NCBI GenBank assembly: GCA_963828255.1
Contig: CAWHDZ010000021.1
Coordinates: 96,001 to 160,000 of the forward strand
Length of the DNA: 64,000 bases
Reading direction: 5' to 3'
Origin: an uncultured delta proteobacterium
GTDB taxonomy: Bacteria > Myxococcota > Myxococcia > Myxococcales > Anaeromyxobacteraceae
Under the pieces are notes generated by a model. It ran no database searches and had not been told where the DNA came from. It saw only the letters and a program-made list of their open reading frames with translations. A program made the position numbers and the translations under genes. Numbering within the stretch: position 1 is the first letter of the stretch; each line of letters starts with the position of its first letter. Shown piece by piece: positions 12,418 to 24,087 of this stretch.

Positions 12418-14004
12418 CTACAGCCGGATGCGCCGGACGTCGCGGACGTGCGGCAGGGCCCGGAGCGCGTCGAGCACCTCCGGCTTCGGCTCGGAGTCCA
12501 CGTTGAGGAGGGACGCGGCCTCGGCCCCGGCGACGTCGCGGGAGAGCGAGATGCCGGCGATGTTCACGCCCGCCTTGCCCAGCGCGGTCCCCACGTTCCC
12601 GACCACGCCCGGGGAGTCGTCGTTCACGCAGAGGATGATGTGACCCTCCGGGACGGCCTCGAGGTGGAACTGGTTCACCCGGACGATGCGGGCGTCGCGG
12701 TGCCCGAAGACCGTCCCCGCCACCGCCGCCTCCCCGCCCGCCCCGCCCACGGACACCGTCACCAGGCTGGCGTAGTCCTGGGACCCTGCCGCGCGCTCCT
12801 CCAGCACCGCGATCCCCCGATCGCGGGCGATGCCCGGCGCGCTCACCTCGTTCACCGGCGCGGTCTCCACCGTGGAGAGCAGCCCCTTCAGCACGGCGGA
12901 CGTGAGGAGCCGCTGCGGGGCGTCGGCCACCTCGCCGGCGAAGGTCACCCGCACCTCGCGCACCCCGGCGGGGGCGATCTGCCCGACCAGCGAACCGAGC
13001 TTCTCGCAGAGCCTCAGGTAGGGGCCGAAGCGCTCCCGGGCCTCCTTCGACATCGAGGGGACGTTGACGGCGTTCCGCACCTCGCCCCGCGTCAGGTACG
13101 CGGCGAGCTGCTCGGCGATCCCCACCGCGACGGCGGCCTGGGCCTCCTCGGTGGAGGCGCCCAGGTGCGGGGTGCAGATGAAGCGGTCCTGGGCGAGGAG
13201 CGGGTTGTCCGGGGAGACCGGCTCCTTCTCGAACACGTCGAGGGCCGCGCCCCCGACGTGCCCCGAGGCGAGCGCGTCGGCGAGCGCCTTCTCGTCCACC
13301 AGGCCTCCGCGGGCGCAGTTGACGAGGAGGACCCCCTTCTTCATGCGGGCCAGGGTGGCGGCGTTCACGACGTTGCGGGTCTGCTCGGTGAGCGGCACGT
13401 GGAGCGAGACCACGTCGGCGCGGGCCCAGAGCTCGTCGAGGGTCACGAGCTCCACGCCGAGTTGTTCTGCGGCCTCGGCGGAGATGAAGGGGTCGTAGGC
13501 CACCACGCTCATCTTCATCGACCGGGCCCGGTCCACCACCACCGACCCGATGTTCCCGATGCCGACCACCCCCAGGGTCTTCCCCGAGAGCTCGTGCCCC
13601 TGGAAGCGCTTCTTCTCCCACTTGCCGGCCTTGATCGAGACGGTGGCCTGGGAGATGTGCCGCGAGAGCGCGAGCATCATGCCGACGGCGAGCTCGGCCA
13701 CGGTGACCGAGGACCCTCCCGGCGAGTTCATCACCACCACGCCCCGGCGGGTGGCCGCGTCCAGGTCCACGTTGTCGATCCCGACCCCGGCCCGACCCAC
13801 CACGCGCAGGCGGGAGGCCTTCTCGAGCACGCGGGCCGTCACCTTGGTGGCGCTGCGGACCGCGATGGCGTCGTAGTCGCCGATGGCCGCCTCGAGCTCC
13901 TCCGGCTTCATCCCGACCCGGACGTCCACCTCCAGGCCGGCGCGGCGCAGGACCTCGACCCCCTCGGAGGAGAGGTCGTCGGCGACGAGGACGCGGTGGG
14001 CCAT
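12418..14004 (-). CDS. serA: D-3-phosphoglycerate dehydrogenase
   Basis: RAGVGIDNVD, GIGNIG, NCARGG, TPHLGASTEEAQ, C-terminal ACT domain. Confidence 0.97.
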   Translation of the reverse strand: MAHRVLVADDLSSEGVEVLRRAGLEVDVRVGMKPEELEAAIGDYDAIAVRSATKVTARVLEKASRLRVVGRAGVGIDNVDLDAATRRGVVVMNSPGGSSVTVAELAVGMMLALSRHISQATVSIKAGKWEKKRFQGHELSGKTLGVVGIGNIGSVVVDRARSMKMSVVAYDPFISAEAAEQLGVELVTLDELWARADVVSLHVPLTEQTRNVVNAATLARMKKGVLLVNCARGGLVDEKALADALASGHVGGAALDVFEKEPVSPDNPLLAQDRFICTPHLGASTEEAQAAVAVGIAEQLAAYLTRGEVRNAVNVPSMSKEARERFGPYLRLCEKLGSLVGQIAPAGVREVRVTFAGEVADAPQRLLTSAVLKGLLSTVETAPVNEVSAPGIARDRGIAVLEERAAGSQDYASLVTVSVGGAGGEAAVAGTVFGHRDARIVRVNQFHLEAVPEGHIILCVNDDSPGVVGNVGTALGKAGVNIAGISLSRDVAGAEAASLLNVDSEPKPEVLDALRALPHVRDVRRIRL

Positions 14005-14064
14005 GTGTTCTCCGGGACGGCGGCAGCGGGTGGACTCCCCGCTTAACGGCGCTCCGGGGGTGCG

Positions 14065-14742
14065 TCAACGTGCCGGCGCTGGACTCCCGGGCGGGAGGAT
14101 CGCGCCCAGCGCCGCCGCCACCACCTGGCGCTTCATCCGTTCCAGGTCTTCCTCGCTGGGCTGGGGCGCCGTGAGCAGCCCGGTCAGCATGCCGGCCAGG
14201 TTCATGTCGAGCACGCCGAGCACGCTCGCCGCGGCCACCAGCGGCTCGAGGTCGGTGCGTAGGTCGCCCTCCCGCTGCCCGCGCTGCACCATCTCGGCGA
14301 TGAGCCGCATGGCCGTCTCGAAGGTCTGGCGGGTGCTGCCGGCGCGTACGACGTCGGGCGACCGGGGAACCTCGAGGATGAGGACCCGGACCGCGGCGGG
14401 CGCGGTGCGGAAGACGTCCATGGCGAAGCGGATCACCGAGGCGATCTGCTCGGGAGCGCTGCCCGGACCGTCGGCGATGGAGCGGATGGCGCCGAGGAAG
14501 ATCCGCCATTGCTCGTCGAAGACACTCTCGAGCAACTCGTCCTTGTTCCGGAAGTAGTGGTAGACGAGGCCGTAGGCGACGCCGGCCTCGCTGGCCACGT
14601 CGGCGATGCGGCAGCCGTGGTACCCCCGCTCGGCGAAGACCTTGAGCGCGGCGTGGAGGATGGCGCGCCTCTTCTCCGGCTCCCCCTCGACGGGAGTGGC
14701 TGGGTGCGGCGCTTCGGTGCTTTTTCGCTGGCGTGCCACCAT
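14065..14742 (-). CDS. TetR/AcrR family transcriptional regulator
   Basis: KRRAILHAALKVFAERGYH..IADVASEAGVAYGLVYHYF.NKDEL HTH; real gene is the C-terminal part of track ORF 14065..16725. Confidence 0.9.
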   Translation of the reverse strand: MVARQRKSTEAPHPATPVEGEPEKRRAILHAALKVFAERGYHGCRIADVASEAGVAYGLVYHYFRNKDELLESVFDEQWRIFLGAIRSIADGPGSAPEQIASVIRFAMDVFRTAPAAVRVLILEVPRSPDVVRAGSTRQTFETAMRLIAEMVQRGQREGDLRTDLEPLVAAASVLGVLDMNLAGMLTGLLTAPQPSEEDLERMKRQVVAAALGAILPPGSPAPAR

Positions 14743-14790
14743 TGACTCCCGAGTCAACCGCAGGCTACGCGCCCTCCCGGGGACAGTCAA
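14742..14790 (-). promoter_or_regulatory. Sigma70 promoter and palindromic operator of the TetR gene
   Basis: TTGACT-17-TAGCCT (14790-14762); perfect 7-2-7 palindrome TTGACTC-CC-GAGTCAA at 14742-14757. Confidence 0.7.
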
Positions 14791-14804
14791 ACGGCCCGTA
14801 GGGG

Positions 14805-17381
14805 CTACGGGACCAGCGTCATGCCGGTGATGGCGGAGAGGTCGAGCCCTGCCGTCACGCCGTAGTAACCGCACTGGGAGACCTGCACCCGCACCAGGCC
14901 CCGCCAGCAGTTGCAGGGCGAGTTCCAGGAGGCGGTGACGGTGTTCTGCTGCATGGAGGGGCCCACCGGGACGGGCGCGCCGCCGCTGCAGGGCGTGGCG
15001 TAGACGGTCCGCACGGAGAAGAGCGTGTCCCACTGGACGTCGAGGCCGCCGGCCACGTGGATCTTCAAGCCGGCGGTCCCCTGCCCGAAGGTCTGGAAGG
15101 GCACCGGGCGAGGGTCGAAGAGGGGGTCGAGCCCGGCCCTGAGCGTCGCCGAGGACGCCGAGGAGATCGCCAGGAAGCCCAGCGTGAGCCGGTCGCCGCG
15201 GGAATCCGCGGCGGCGAGGTCGAGGCGGATCTCGGTGAAGTGGTCCAGGAACCCCGCGTCGAGGGAGCCCCAGGTCCCGGCTGCCGGCGCCGCGCCGAAG
15301 GCGAGGAACCGGGCCAGCACGAGCCCCTGCACCGGCCCCCACTCGGCGGCTCCCCGGACGAAGGACTCGCCCAGCCGCCCGGTGGACAGGTCGAGGTCCT
15401 GCCCGACGTCGAGGTCGATCCGGGTCACGCTGGGCATGCCCTTCCCGGGGGCGACGAGCCGGTTGCGCAGCGAGATGCGCATCTGCTGGAAGCCGCCGGG
15501 CAAGGTGGCGGAGAGGGTCCGCAGCGGCAGGCAGGCGCCGGTGAGGCCGGACGGCGGAGCGAGGCAGGGAGCGCCGGGGAGGACGGGGGCTGCGTCCCGC
15601 TCGTCGTAGGCATAGGCGGGGAGCGGCGTGCCGCCGATGCCGGTGGATCCCCGCCACTCGACGCGCGGCTCGATGACGTGACGGAGGGTGTCGGGGCCGG
15701 CGCCGAAGGTGCGGGAGATGGAGGTTCCCAGGATGGCCCCGCCGCTCACCCACCCGCTCGCCAGGGCGGGCTGTGCGTCGGCGCCGAAGAGGTAGGCCGC
15801 GCCGTTCCCGGCCACCCACGGCTCGAGCAGGGCGACGCCCCCGAGGGAAAGGGGGGCGCGGAGCTCGGCGCGGGTCCAGGCCCGTGAGGCCGAGAGGCGC
15901 TGCCCGGCGACCCATGTGTCGCCCGGCGGCGGCGCCGGCCCCAGCCAGCCGCGCTGGCCGGGGCCGATCCCGTTCACGCTCTGGTCGGTGATCCCGGAGA
16001 GGGGCGCGAAGCGGGCGATCCCTGCCTGGGCCGAGACCGCGAGCGGCCCCGCCACCTGGACCGGCAGCAGCGTCGCCGAGACGGCGGGGAGCCGGTGGAA
16101 GGAGGGCACGCTCCCGCCCAGGAAGCCGAAGGGGACGAGCGGGATCACCGGCTGGCCGGGAGGGCTCGCCTGGCCCAGGGTCCCGATCTGCTCGACGTAG
16201 GTCAGGTCCCCCTCGAGCAGCAGGTGGGGGAATGCGTACCCGGCCGCCAGCGAAGACCGGTAGTAGGGGGCGTCGCGCTGGAGGATGTCGCCCACGAAGT
16301 CCTGGGACCAGGCCGGGTCGCCGACCAGGAAGGCCTCGGCGTTCACGAAGCTCCCCGGGGACGGACGCGCCTGGCTGCGCAGCGCGATCCCGGAGCGGAC
16401 CCCGCTCTCCGGCTTCCAGCGATACGCCAGGGTGTCGTGCTGGAGGAGGAGCTTCGCCTCGCCCTTCACTCCGGGCAAAGGGGCCCAGCGGTACTCGATC
16501 GCGCCGCCCGCACCGCGCACCCCCGGGTTCTGCCCCTCGGCGATCCGGGAGTCCACCGTGGACCGGGACGGGCCGAAGGCGTAACCGGCGGTGAAGGTGA
16601 GGTCGTGGCTCTCCCCCAGGGTCAGGAAGAAGGGCTGGGCCAGCCACCAGCCGGTGCGCGAGCCGACGTCCACCGTGGGAAAGAGGAAGCCGGTCTGCCG
16701 CCCGGAGAGCGGCACCTGCAGCCACGGGAGCGGCAGGACCGGGATGGGCTCGTCGATGAAGAGGAAGCGCGGGGTGACGTAGACGATCGGCCAGGTCAGG
16801 GTGGCGGTCTTCCCGGGCTCGATCTCGGCGCGCGCGGCCCGGATCTCCCAGGAGGGCGCCCCGCCGCAGCAGTCGCAGAGCGTGAGCCGGACCCCCTCCA
16901 CCGAGAGGCGGGAGGGCGCGTCGCCGCCGGGAACCGCTCCCTCGGCCCGGTCGGCCCGCACCGAGAGGCGATTCCGGCCGTCCGTCCCGGCCTCGGCGAT
17001 GGTGTCGTGGCGGGAGAGGTCGAGCGGCGTGTCCTTGTAGAAGGCCAGGACGCCGCGGGCCTCCCAGGCGCCGTCCAGGACCGCGTGGATTCCCTCGGCC
17101 GCGACCACCCTCCCCGGCCCGGTGAGGAGCACGTCGCCGGTGGCGTCCACCTCGCCGGTGCGCGGGTCGTAGCTGGCGGTCCGGGCGCGCAGCAGGACCG
17201 CCCCGCGGCGGAGCCGGACGCCGCCCTCGAGGAGGAATCGCTCGCGGGCCGCGTCGTAGGTGACGAGGTCGGCCTCGACCTCCACCGGTCCGCCCGGACC
17301 GGGGAGCGAGGCCGTGGCGCTCCGGGCCGCGCCCGGGAGGAGGAGCAGCAGCCCGGCGAGAAGAGCGAGCGGCCGCGTCAC
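14805..17381 (-). CDS. lptD: LPS-assembly protein LptD-like outer-membrane barrel
   Basis: Signal peptide; OstA-like N-terminus (VEAD.VTYD); TLCDC..PSWEIRA; R.TGFLFP; LRHVIEP. Confidence 0.8.
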   Translation of the reverse strand: MTRPLALLAGLLLLLPGAARSATASLPGPGGPVEVEADLVTYDAARERFLLEGGVRLRRGAVLLRARTASYDPRTGEVDATGDVLLTGPGRVVAAEGIHAVLDGAWEARGVLAFYKDTPLDLSRHDTIAEAGTDGRNRLSVRADRAEGAVPGGDAPSRLSVEGVRLTLCDCCGGAPSWEIRAARAEIEPGKTATLTWPIVYVTPRFLFIDEPIPVLPLPWLQVPLSGRQTGFLFPTVDVGSRTGWWLAQPFFLTLGESHDLTFTAGYAFGPSRSTVDSRIAEGQNPGVRGAGGAIEYRWAPLPGVKGEAKLLLQHDTLAYRWKPESGVRSGIALRSQARPSPGSFVNAEAFLVGDPAWSQDFVGDILQRDAPYYRSSLAAGYAFPHLLLEGDLTYVEQIGTLGQASPPGQPVIPLVPFGFLGGSVPSFHRLPAVSATLLPVQVAGPLAVSAQAGIARFAPLSGITDQSVNGIGPGQRGWLGPAPPPGDTWVAGQRLSASRAWTRAELRAPLSLGGVALLEPWVAGNGAAYLFGADAQPALASGWVSGGAILGTSISRTFGAGPDTLRHVIEPRVEWRGSTGIGGTPLPAYAYDERDAAPVLPGAPCLAPPSGLTGACLPLRTLSATLPGGFQQMRISLRNRLVAPGKGMPSVTRIDLDVGQDLDLSTGRLGESFVRGAAEWGPVQGLVLARFLAFGAAPAAGTWGSLDAGFLDHFTEIRLDLAAADSRGDRLTLGFLAISSASSATLRAGLDPLFDPRPVPFQTFGQGTAGLKIHVAGGLDVQWDTLFSVRTVYATPCSGGAPVPVGPSMQQNTVTASWNSPCNCWRGLVRVQVSQCGYYGVTAGLDLSAITGMTLVP

Positions 17382-17384
17382 CCG

Positions 17385-18668
17385 CTACTTGCCCGGCTTG
17401 GCCGGGATGGCTGCCTTCGCCGGCGCCGGGGGCGTCGGGGGCGCTGCCGGCCGGTCGAAGTCGAGGGAGAGCGTCGTCCCCTCGATCCGCTGCTGCCAGG
17501 CCACGCGCTCGCGGAGCCGGATCTCGAGGACGTAGCTCTTGCCCTCCCGGACCGGGGTGACCTTCGCCACCGCCGTCGGGAAGAAGGAGGTGTCGAGGGG
17601 CTTGAGGTCGTTCCGGAGCGGGACCCGCGTGTTCGGGAACTCGACCCGGACGAGCTTCTCCTGTGGCTCGGAGACGCTGAACTTCGGGGCCGAGCGGAGG
17701 CGGATGAAGACCCGGGACCCGGTCGCGGTCTGCTTGAAGCCGAGGAACTCGACCTCGTTGCGCTCGGCTGCGACGGGCGCCGGCTTGGCGGCGGGCGTCG
17801 GCTTCGTGGCGGCCGGAGCCTGTGCTGGAGCCGGCTTCGGTAGGGACGCGACGGCAGCGGCCCTGGCGGCGGCCTCCTTCGCATCGGCGGCGGCCCTGGC
17901 TTCCGCCGTGGCTCGAGCGTCGGCAGCGGCCCTGGCCTCGGCTGCGGCGCGAACCTCCGCAGCGGCCTTCGCGTCGGCGAGGACGCGCGCCTCCGCGGCC
18001 GCCCTGGCCTCGGCAGCGGCCCTGGCTTCCGCCGCGGCCTGCGCCTCCCTGGCCGCCTTGGCCTCCGCAGCAGCCTTGGCCTCCGCAGCAGCCTTGGTCT
18101 CCGCAGCGGCAGCGGTCGCCGCGACGGCAGCGGGAGCGGCCGCAGGCGCCGCAGCGGGAGGCGGCGCCGCAGGAGCGGGCGGTGGCGCCGCGGCGACCGC
18201 CGGTGCAGGCGCCGGCGCAGGCGCCGGCGGCGGCGCCGGAGGCGGAGGCGGGGGAGCCTGTGCGGCGGCGACCATGGTCCCGGCCGAGGGCAGCACGCGG
18301 AGGACGATCCGGTTTCCGGAGACCACCACGTCGGGCGGTTCCACGACACCGACGAACGTGACGGTGATGCGCGCCGTGGCGTGCGTGCCTTCACCGAAGG
18401 AGATGGCGTTCACCTCCTTCACCTGCCCGGCGCCCGGCACCTTCCTCCTCGCCCCGTCCAGCCCGGCCTCGGAGACGTCGATCACGAAGCGTGGGGGATC
18501 GACGAGCGAAAAAGTCGTGAACGACGGGGCCTTGGAGGCTCCGATGGTCACCTCGGCTACGCCGCCCTTCTCGGCGACGTCGATGGCGGTGATGCCGTTG
18601 ATGCCGGTGGCGAACGCCGCGGCAGGAACGAGGATGAGTGCAGCGGAGAGTAGCGTGGACTTGCGCAT
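17385..18668 (-). CDS. Secreted protein with two AMIN domains and a Pro/Ala-rich linker
   Basis: Signal peptide MRKSTLLSAALILVPAAAFA; F.L.DPPRFVIDV AMIN motif; second AMIN-like domain at the C-terminus. Confidence 0.8.
   Translation of the reverse strand: MRKSTLLSAALILVPAAAFATGINGITAIDVAEKGGVAEVTIGASKAPSFTTFSLVDPPRFVIDVSEAGLDGARRKVPGAGQVKEVNAISFGEGTHATARITVTFVGVVEPPDVVVSGNRIVLRVLPSAGTMVAAAQAPPPPPPAPPPAPAPAPAPAVAAAPPPAPAAPPPAAAPAAAPAAVAATAAAAETKAAAEAKAAAEAKAAREAQAAAEARAAAEARAAAEARVLADAKAAAEVRAAAEARAAADARATAEARAAADAKEAAARAAAVASLPKPAPAQAPAATKPTPAAKPAPVAAERNEVEFLGFKQTATGSRVFIRLRSAPKFSVSEPQEKLVRVEFPNTRVPLRNDLKPLDTSFFPTAVAKVTPVREGKSYVLEIRLRERVAWQQRIEGTTLSLDFDRPAAPPTPPAPAKAAIPAKPGK
17877..18110 (-). 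repeat. 13 imperfect 18-bp tandem repeats encoding AAAEAK/AAAEAR hexapeptides
   Basis: AAAETK-AAAEAK-AAAEAK-AAREAQ-AAAEAR...-AAADAK spans 234 bp = 13 x 18. Confidence 0.9.
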
Positions 18669-18741
18669 GGAGCGCTCCCGTCGGGCGTTTGCGGGAAGAT
18701 AGCACGCACCCAGCAGGGACCCACAAAGGAGAAGCGGAGGC

Positions 18742-19956
18742 CTACATCTCCTCACCCGCGAGCCGCCGCCGCGCCTCGCCGACCAGGTAGAGGGATCCGG
18801 CCACGCAGACCAGCGCCCCGTCCAGGGCCGCCGTGCGCGCGCAGGCGAGCGCCTCCGGGAGCGAGACGTGGACGTCGGCATCGGCGCCGAGCGCCCGGGC
18901 CACCTGGACGTAGCTGCCGGGGTCCCGGGCCCGCGGCGAGTCGGGGGCGACAAGGTGGAGGCGGCGGACTGCCGGGGCGAGCGCCGAGATCATTCCCTCG
19001 TGGTCCTTGTCGGACAGGACCCCGAACACCAGTTCCACGGCGCGCGACGGGTGGAGCACCGGCAGCGCCGCAGCCAGCGCGGCCGCGCCGTCCGGGTTGT
19101 GCGCGCCGTCGAGCAGCACGCCGCCCACCTCTTCCATGCGCCCCGGCCAGCGCGCCGACGCGATGCCGGAGCGGATCTCCTCCTCACCCACCCGGACGCC
19201 GGCGGCGTCGAGGAGACGGAGGGCAGCCGCTGCGAGCGCCGCGTTCCCCTCCTGGTGGGCGCCGCGCAGCGCGACGGGCCCTCCCCAGGATTGGGCCGCG
19301 ACGTGGAAGGGCGCACCCCGCCGCGCCGCCTCGTCGCGCAGGGCCTCCATCGCCGACTCGGGCTGGGCCCAGGCCGCCACGGCCGGGACGCCGCGCTTGA
19401 AGATCCCGGCCTTCTCCCGCGCGATCGCGTCCACCCGGTCACCCAGGAACTGCATGTGATCGAGGCCGATGCGGGCCACCGCGGAGACCAGGGGAGTCAC
19501 CGCGCTGGTGGCGTCGAAGCGCCCCCCCAGCCCGACCTCCACCACCGCGGCGCCGACCTTCTCCCTGGCCAGGTGGAGGAGACCGACCAGGGTGGCGAAC
19601 TCGAAGTAGGTGAGCCGATCGGCCTCGCCGCCCTGCTCGTGCCACGGGCAGGCCCGCCGCACCTCCTCGATCCGGGCTGCGAGCGCCGGGTCGTCGATGG
19701 CGCGGCCGTCCACCTGGATGCGCTCGTGGAAGCGGACGAGGTGCGGAGAGGTGTAGAGCCCCACCCGGTGGCCGGCCAGCTGGAGCGCGCGGGCCGCCAT
19801 GGCGCAGGTCGAGCCCTTCCCGTTCGTCCCCGCCACGTGGAGGATGGCCAGGTCGCGGTCGGGGCGCCCGAGCGCGTCCAGGGCCCGCTCCATGCGCTCG
19901 AGGCCGAACCGAATGGCCAGCGGACGAAGCGTGTCGAGGTAGTCGTTCGGGCCCAA
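18742..19956 (-). CDS. folC: Folylpolyglutamate synthase/dihydrofolate synthase
   Basis: HVAGTNGKGS, YTSPHL, EVGLGGRFD, DGAHNP; accD-folC synteny. Confidence 0.96.
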   Translation of the reverse strand: MGPNDYLDTLRPLAIRFGLERMERALDALGRPDRDLAILHVAGTNGKGSTCAMAARALQLAGHRVGLYTSPHLVRFHERIQVDGRAIDDPALAARIEEVRRACPWHEQGGEADRLTYFEFATLVGLLHLAREKVGAAVVEVGLGGRFDATSAVTPLVSAVARIGLDHMQFLGDRVDAIAREKAGIFKRGVPAVAAWAQPESAMEALRDEAARRGAPFHVAAQSWGGPVALRGAHQEGNAALAAAALRLLDAAGVRVGEEEIRSGIASARWPGRMEEVGGVLLDGAHNPDGAAALAAALPVLHPSRAVELVFGVLSDKDHEGMISALAPAVRRLHLVAPDSPRARDPGSYVQVARALGADADVHVSLPEALACARTAALDGALVCVAGSLYLVGEARRRLAGEEM

Positions 19957-19990
19957 TTCGCCCCGGGAAAGGCGCAGGTCGTGCCGGGCG

Positions 19991-20851
<861 letters not shown>

Positions 20852-20876
20852 GTTCACCTTTGCCGTCGCCGGATCG

Positions 20877-21641
20877 TCAGAACGCGATCTCGTCGCCGTC
20901 TTCGAGCACCGTGACTCCGCGGAGCCCGAGCTCCGCGAGCTCCGCCTCGAGCTCGGCCCGGAAGGCCGGCTTGAGGTGGTACAGATATACGGGAACGTCG
21001 TCCCGTTCCACCTTGGCCAGCTCGCCGACGAGCGCGCGGGGCGTGAGGTGCCCCGATCGATCGGCGAGTCGCTGCATCCGGCTGGGGAAGGAGAGCTCGA
21101 CGAGGATCGCCCCGAGGCCCCGGGCGCGGTTCACCTCCCGCCAGAAGGCGGTGGTGGGCCCGGTGTCGCCTGAGATGGCGAAGGCCGCTGCGCCGCGCCG
21201 CACCACGAACCCCGACGACTCGACCGGGTGGCGGACCTTCACCGCGGAGACGCCGTAGGCGCCGATCCGGAACGGGACGCCGTACGCGAACGGGGCAAGG
21301 CGCACCACGGGGCTGTGGGCGCTGGGGATGCGGGTGAAGTCCGGCCAGAGCCTCCCGTTGAAGAGGCTGCGGCGGAGGGTCTCGGTGGCGCCCGGGGAGG
21401 CGTGGACCGTGACCGGGCGGCGTCGGCGCCCCACCATGAGGTCGGCCAGCAGCGGGACGTCCTTCACGTGGTCGAGGTGGGCGTGGGTGACGAGGACGTG
21501 ATCCACGCGGTCGAGCTCGGCGAGGTCGAGGCGCGAGGTGAGCGCGCCCGCGTCGAGCGCCAGCCGCCCGTCCACCAGGAAGCAGGTGCTGCCGTGGCCG
21601 CGCAGCTCGCCCCCGGAGGCCCCCAGGACCCGGATCCTCAC
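20877..21641 (-). CDS. MBL-fold 3',5'-cyclic nucleotide phosphodiesterase (class II-like)
   Basis: [43 protein letters not shown] start overlaps the crp stop (GTGA). Confidence 0.8.
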   Translation of the reverse strand: MRIRVLGASGGELRGHGSTCFLVDGRLALDAGALTSRLDLAELDRVDHVLVTHAHLDHVKDVPLLADLMVGRRRRPVTVHASPGATETLRRSLFNGRLWPDFTRIPSAHSPVVRLAPFAYGVPFRIGAYGVSAVKVRHPVESSGFVVRRGAAAFAISGDTGPTTAFWREVNRARGLGAILVELSFPSRMQRLADRSGHLTPRALVGELAKVERDDVPVYLYHLKPAFRAELEAELAELGLRGVTVLEDGDEIAF

Positions 21642-22273
21642 TGGTGCGTCCCGGGTCGGGAGTCGAGCTGCAGGAGGTCGAGGAAGTGGCGGAGCCGGTC
21701 GGGGTCGGGGACGGTCCAGGCACCCTCCGAGCCGACCAGGAGCCCGGTGCGTTCCAGGGTGCGCAGCACGTCGGCCGCCTGCTTCGCGTCCACGTCGAGC
21801 CTGCTGGCCAGATCCTCGGGCGAGAGCGCCAGGGGCGCCTCGGGGTGGCGGGACGCCTCGCCGCTGACGAAGTGGACCACCCGGGCCCGGGCGTCGCGGA
21901 GGAGCAGGTTCTCGATCTGCCGGTCGGCCTCGGCCAGCCGCCCCGCCATCTTCTTGATCATGCGCACCGCGATCTCCGAGCTGGCGCGCACCATGGTCTC
22001 GAAGGTCCGGGCGTCCACGACGAGCAGCAGGCAGTCCTCGACGCAGGTGGCGGTGGCCGAGCGCGGGGCGCCGTTCAGGATCGACATCTCCCCGAGGAAC
22101 TCGCCCTGCCCGAGCGTGGAGAGGACCTTCTCGACGGCGCCGACCCGGGCCGAGATGGAGACCTTTCCGCGGTTCACGACGTACATGTCGCCGCCCGGGT
22201 CCCCCTCGCGGAAGAGCACCGTGCCGCGCGGAAACTCGCGGCCGAAGCGCCGCATCAGATCTCCCGGGTCCAC
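21638..22273 (-). CDS. Crp/Fnr family cNMP-binding regulator
   Basis: [20 protein letters not shown] phosphate-binding cassette; C-terminal HTH. Confidence 0.9.
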   Translation of the reverse strand: MDPGDLMRRFGREFPRGTVLFREGDPGGDMYVVNRGKVSISARVGAVEKVLSTLGQGEFLGEMSILNGAPRSATATCVEDCLLLVVDARTFETMVRASSEIAVRMIKKMAGRLAEADRQIENLLLRDARARVVHFVSGEASRHPEAPLALSPEDLASRLDVDAKQAADVLRTLERTGLLVGSEGAWTVPDPDRLRHFLDLLQLDSRPGTHQ

Positions 22274-22372
22274 GGACGGTCCTTAGCCGACGGCGCTCCG
22301 CGGTGTCAACGCGCGCGTGCCACGGCCGGTGACGCCTTGCGGCATCGCCGCGCATCCGGTAAGGGGGGGCGC

Positions 22373-23407
22373 ATGGCCACGACCTATCGCGACGCCGGCG
22401 TCGACATCGACGAGGGCGATCGGCTCGTCGACCTCATCAAGCCCCTGGCGGGCCCCACCATGCGCCCCGAGGTGCTCGCCGGCATCGGCGGGTTCGGCGG
22501 GCTCTTCGCCCTCGACGTGAAGAAGTACCGGGACCCGGTGCTGGTCTCGGGCACCGACGGGGTGGGCACCAAGCTCAAGCTGGCGTTCCTCACCGGCCGC
22601 CACGACACCGTGGGCATCGACCTGGTCGCCATGTCGGTGAACGACGTGGCCGTGACCGGCGCCGAGCCGCTCTTCTTCCTCGACTACTTCGCCACCGGGA
22701 AGCTGCGCGCCGAGGAGGCCGCACAGGTGGTGAAGGGCATCGCCGAGGGGTGCCGCCAGGCCGGCTGCGCCCTCATCGGCGGCGAGACCGCCGAGCTGCC
22801 CGGCTTCTACGCCGACGGCGAGTACGACCTGGCCGGGTTCGCCGTCGGGGTGGTGGAGCGGGACCGGATCCTCGACGGCCGGAAGGTCCGCCCCGGCGAC
22901 GCCCTGCTCGGCGTGGCCTCCACCGGCCTCCACTCCAACGGCTACTCGCTGGCCCGCAAGGTGCTGCTCGATCGCCACGCCCTCTCCGACCGGCCTCCCG
23001 AGCTCTCCGGCCGGACCGTCGGCGAGGCGCTCCTCGAGCCCACCCGGATCTACGCCAAGGACATCCTGGCGCTGCTCGAGGGAACGCCGGTCCACGCCGT
23101 GGCCCACATCACCGGCGGCGGCCTCCCGGGGAACGCACCCCGCAACCTGCCCGACGGGACCCGCGCGGTGATCCGCGCCGGAAGCTGGCCCGTCCCCGCC
23201 ATCTTCGGCCTCATCGAGCGGGAGGGCGCCGTTCCCCGCGACGAGATGTACCGGACCTTCAACATGGGGCTGGGGCTGGTGATCGCGCTGCCGGCCGCCT
23301 CCGCCGAGGCGGCCCGCGCCGTGCTGGCCGCGCGCGGCCTCTCGAGCTGGGTGGTGGGAACCGTCGAGCCGGGCGCCGGCGAGGCCACCTGCGAGGTGGT
23401 CGGGTGA
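22373..23407 (+). CDS. purM: Phosphoribosylaminoimidazole synthetase
   Basis: [35 protein letters not shown]. Confidence 0.97.
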   Translation: MATTYRDAGVDIDEGDRLVDLIKPLAGPTMRPEVLAGIGGFGGLFALDVKKYRDPVLVSGTDGVGTKLKLAFLTGRHDTVGIDLVAMSVNDVAVTGAEPLFFLDYFATGKLRAEEAAQVVKGIAEGCRQAGCALIGGETAELPGFYADGEYDLAGFAVGVVERDRILDGRKVRPGDALLGVASTGLHSNGYSLARKVLLDRHALSDRPPELSGRTVGEALLEPTRIYAKDILALLEGTPVHAVAHITGGGLPGNAPRNLPDGTRAVIRAGSWPVPAIFGLIEREGAVPRDEMYRTFNMGLGLVIALPAASAEAARAVLAARGLSSWVVGTVEPGAGEATCEVVG

Positions 23408-24081
23408 TCCGGGTCGGCGTCCTCGCCTCCGGATCGGGCTCGAACCTCCAGGCGATCCTCGACGCCGCGCGGGTCGGGCGCATCGACGTCACGGTCGCCG
23501 TGGTGGTCTGCAACGTGCCGGGGGCTCGCGCGCTGGAGCGGGCGCGGGTGGCCGGGGTTCCCGCCGAGCTCCTTCCGTCGAAGGGCGTCCCCGACCGGGA
23601 GGCCTACGACCGGGAGGTGGTGGAGAGGCTGCTCGCCCACCACGTGGACCTGGTCTGCCTGGCCGGCTGGATGCGCATCGTCACCCCCGCGTTCCTCGGG
23701 GCCTTCGCCCCCTCGCCGGAGAGCCACGGCTGCCCGCGCGTGATGAACGTGCACCCGGCGCTCTTGCCGAGCTTCCCGGGGCTCCACGCCCAGCGCCAGG
23801 CGCTCGACTACGGGGTGCGCTTCACCGGCTGCACGGTCCACTTCGTGGACTCCGGCACCGACACCGGACCGGTCATCGTCCAGGCCGCCGTCCCGGTGCT
23901 GCCCGGCGACGACGAGTCCACCCTCTCGGCCCGGATCCTCGTCGAGGAGCACCGCGTCTACCCGCTCGCCGTGCAGTGGTTCGCCGAGGGGCGGCTCTCC
24001 CTGGACGGCCGAAGGGTCGTGCTCCGCGACGCGGCCGCTCCCCTGATGGACGGCGTCGTGAACCCCTCCCAGGATCGCTGA
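23404..24081 (+). CDS. purN: Phosphoribosylglycinamide formyltransferase
   Basis: [40 protein letters not shown] overlap with purM. Confidence 0.96.
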   Translation: MIRVGVLASGSGSNLQAILDAARVGRIDVTVAVVVCNVPGARALERARVAGVPAELLPSKGVPDREAYDREVVERLLAHHVDLVCLAGWMRIVTPAFLGAFAPSPESHGCPRVMNVHPALLPSFPGLHAQRQALDYGVRFTGCTVHFVDSGTDTGPVIVQAAVPVLPGDDESTLSARILVEEHRVYPLAVQWFAEGRLSLDGRRVVLRDAAAPLMDGVVNPSQDR

Positions 24082-24087
24082 CCCGCC

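Noticed and set aside
17877..18110. Repeat tract as a CRISPR array
   Set aside because: No spacers; it is an in-frame coding repeat.
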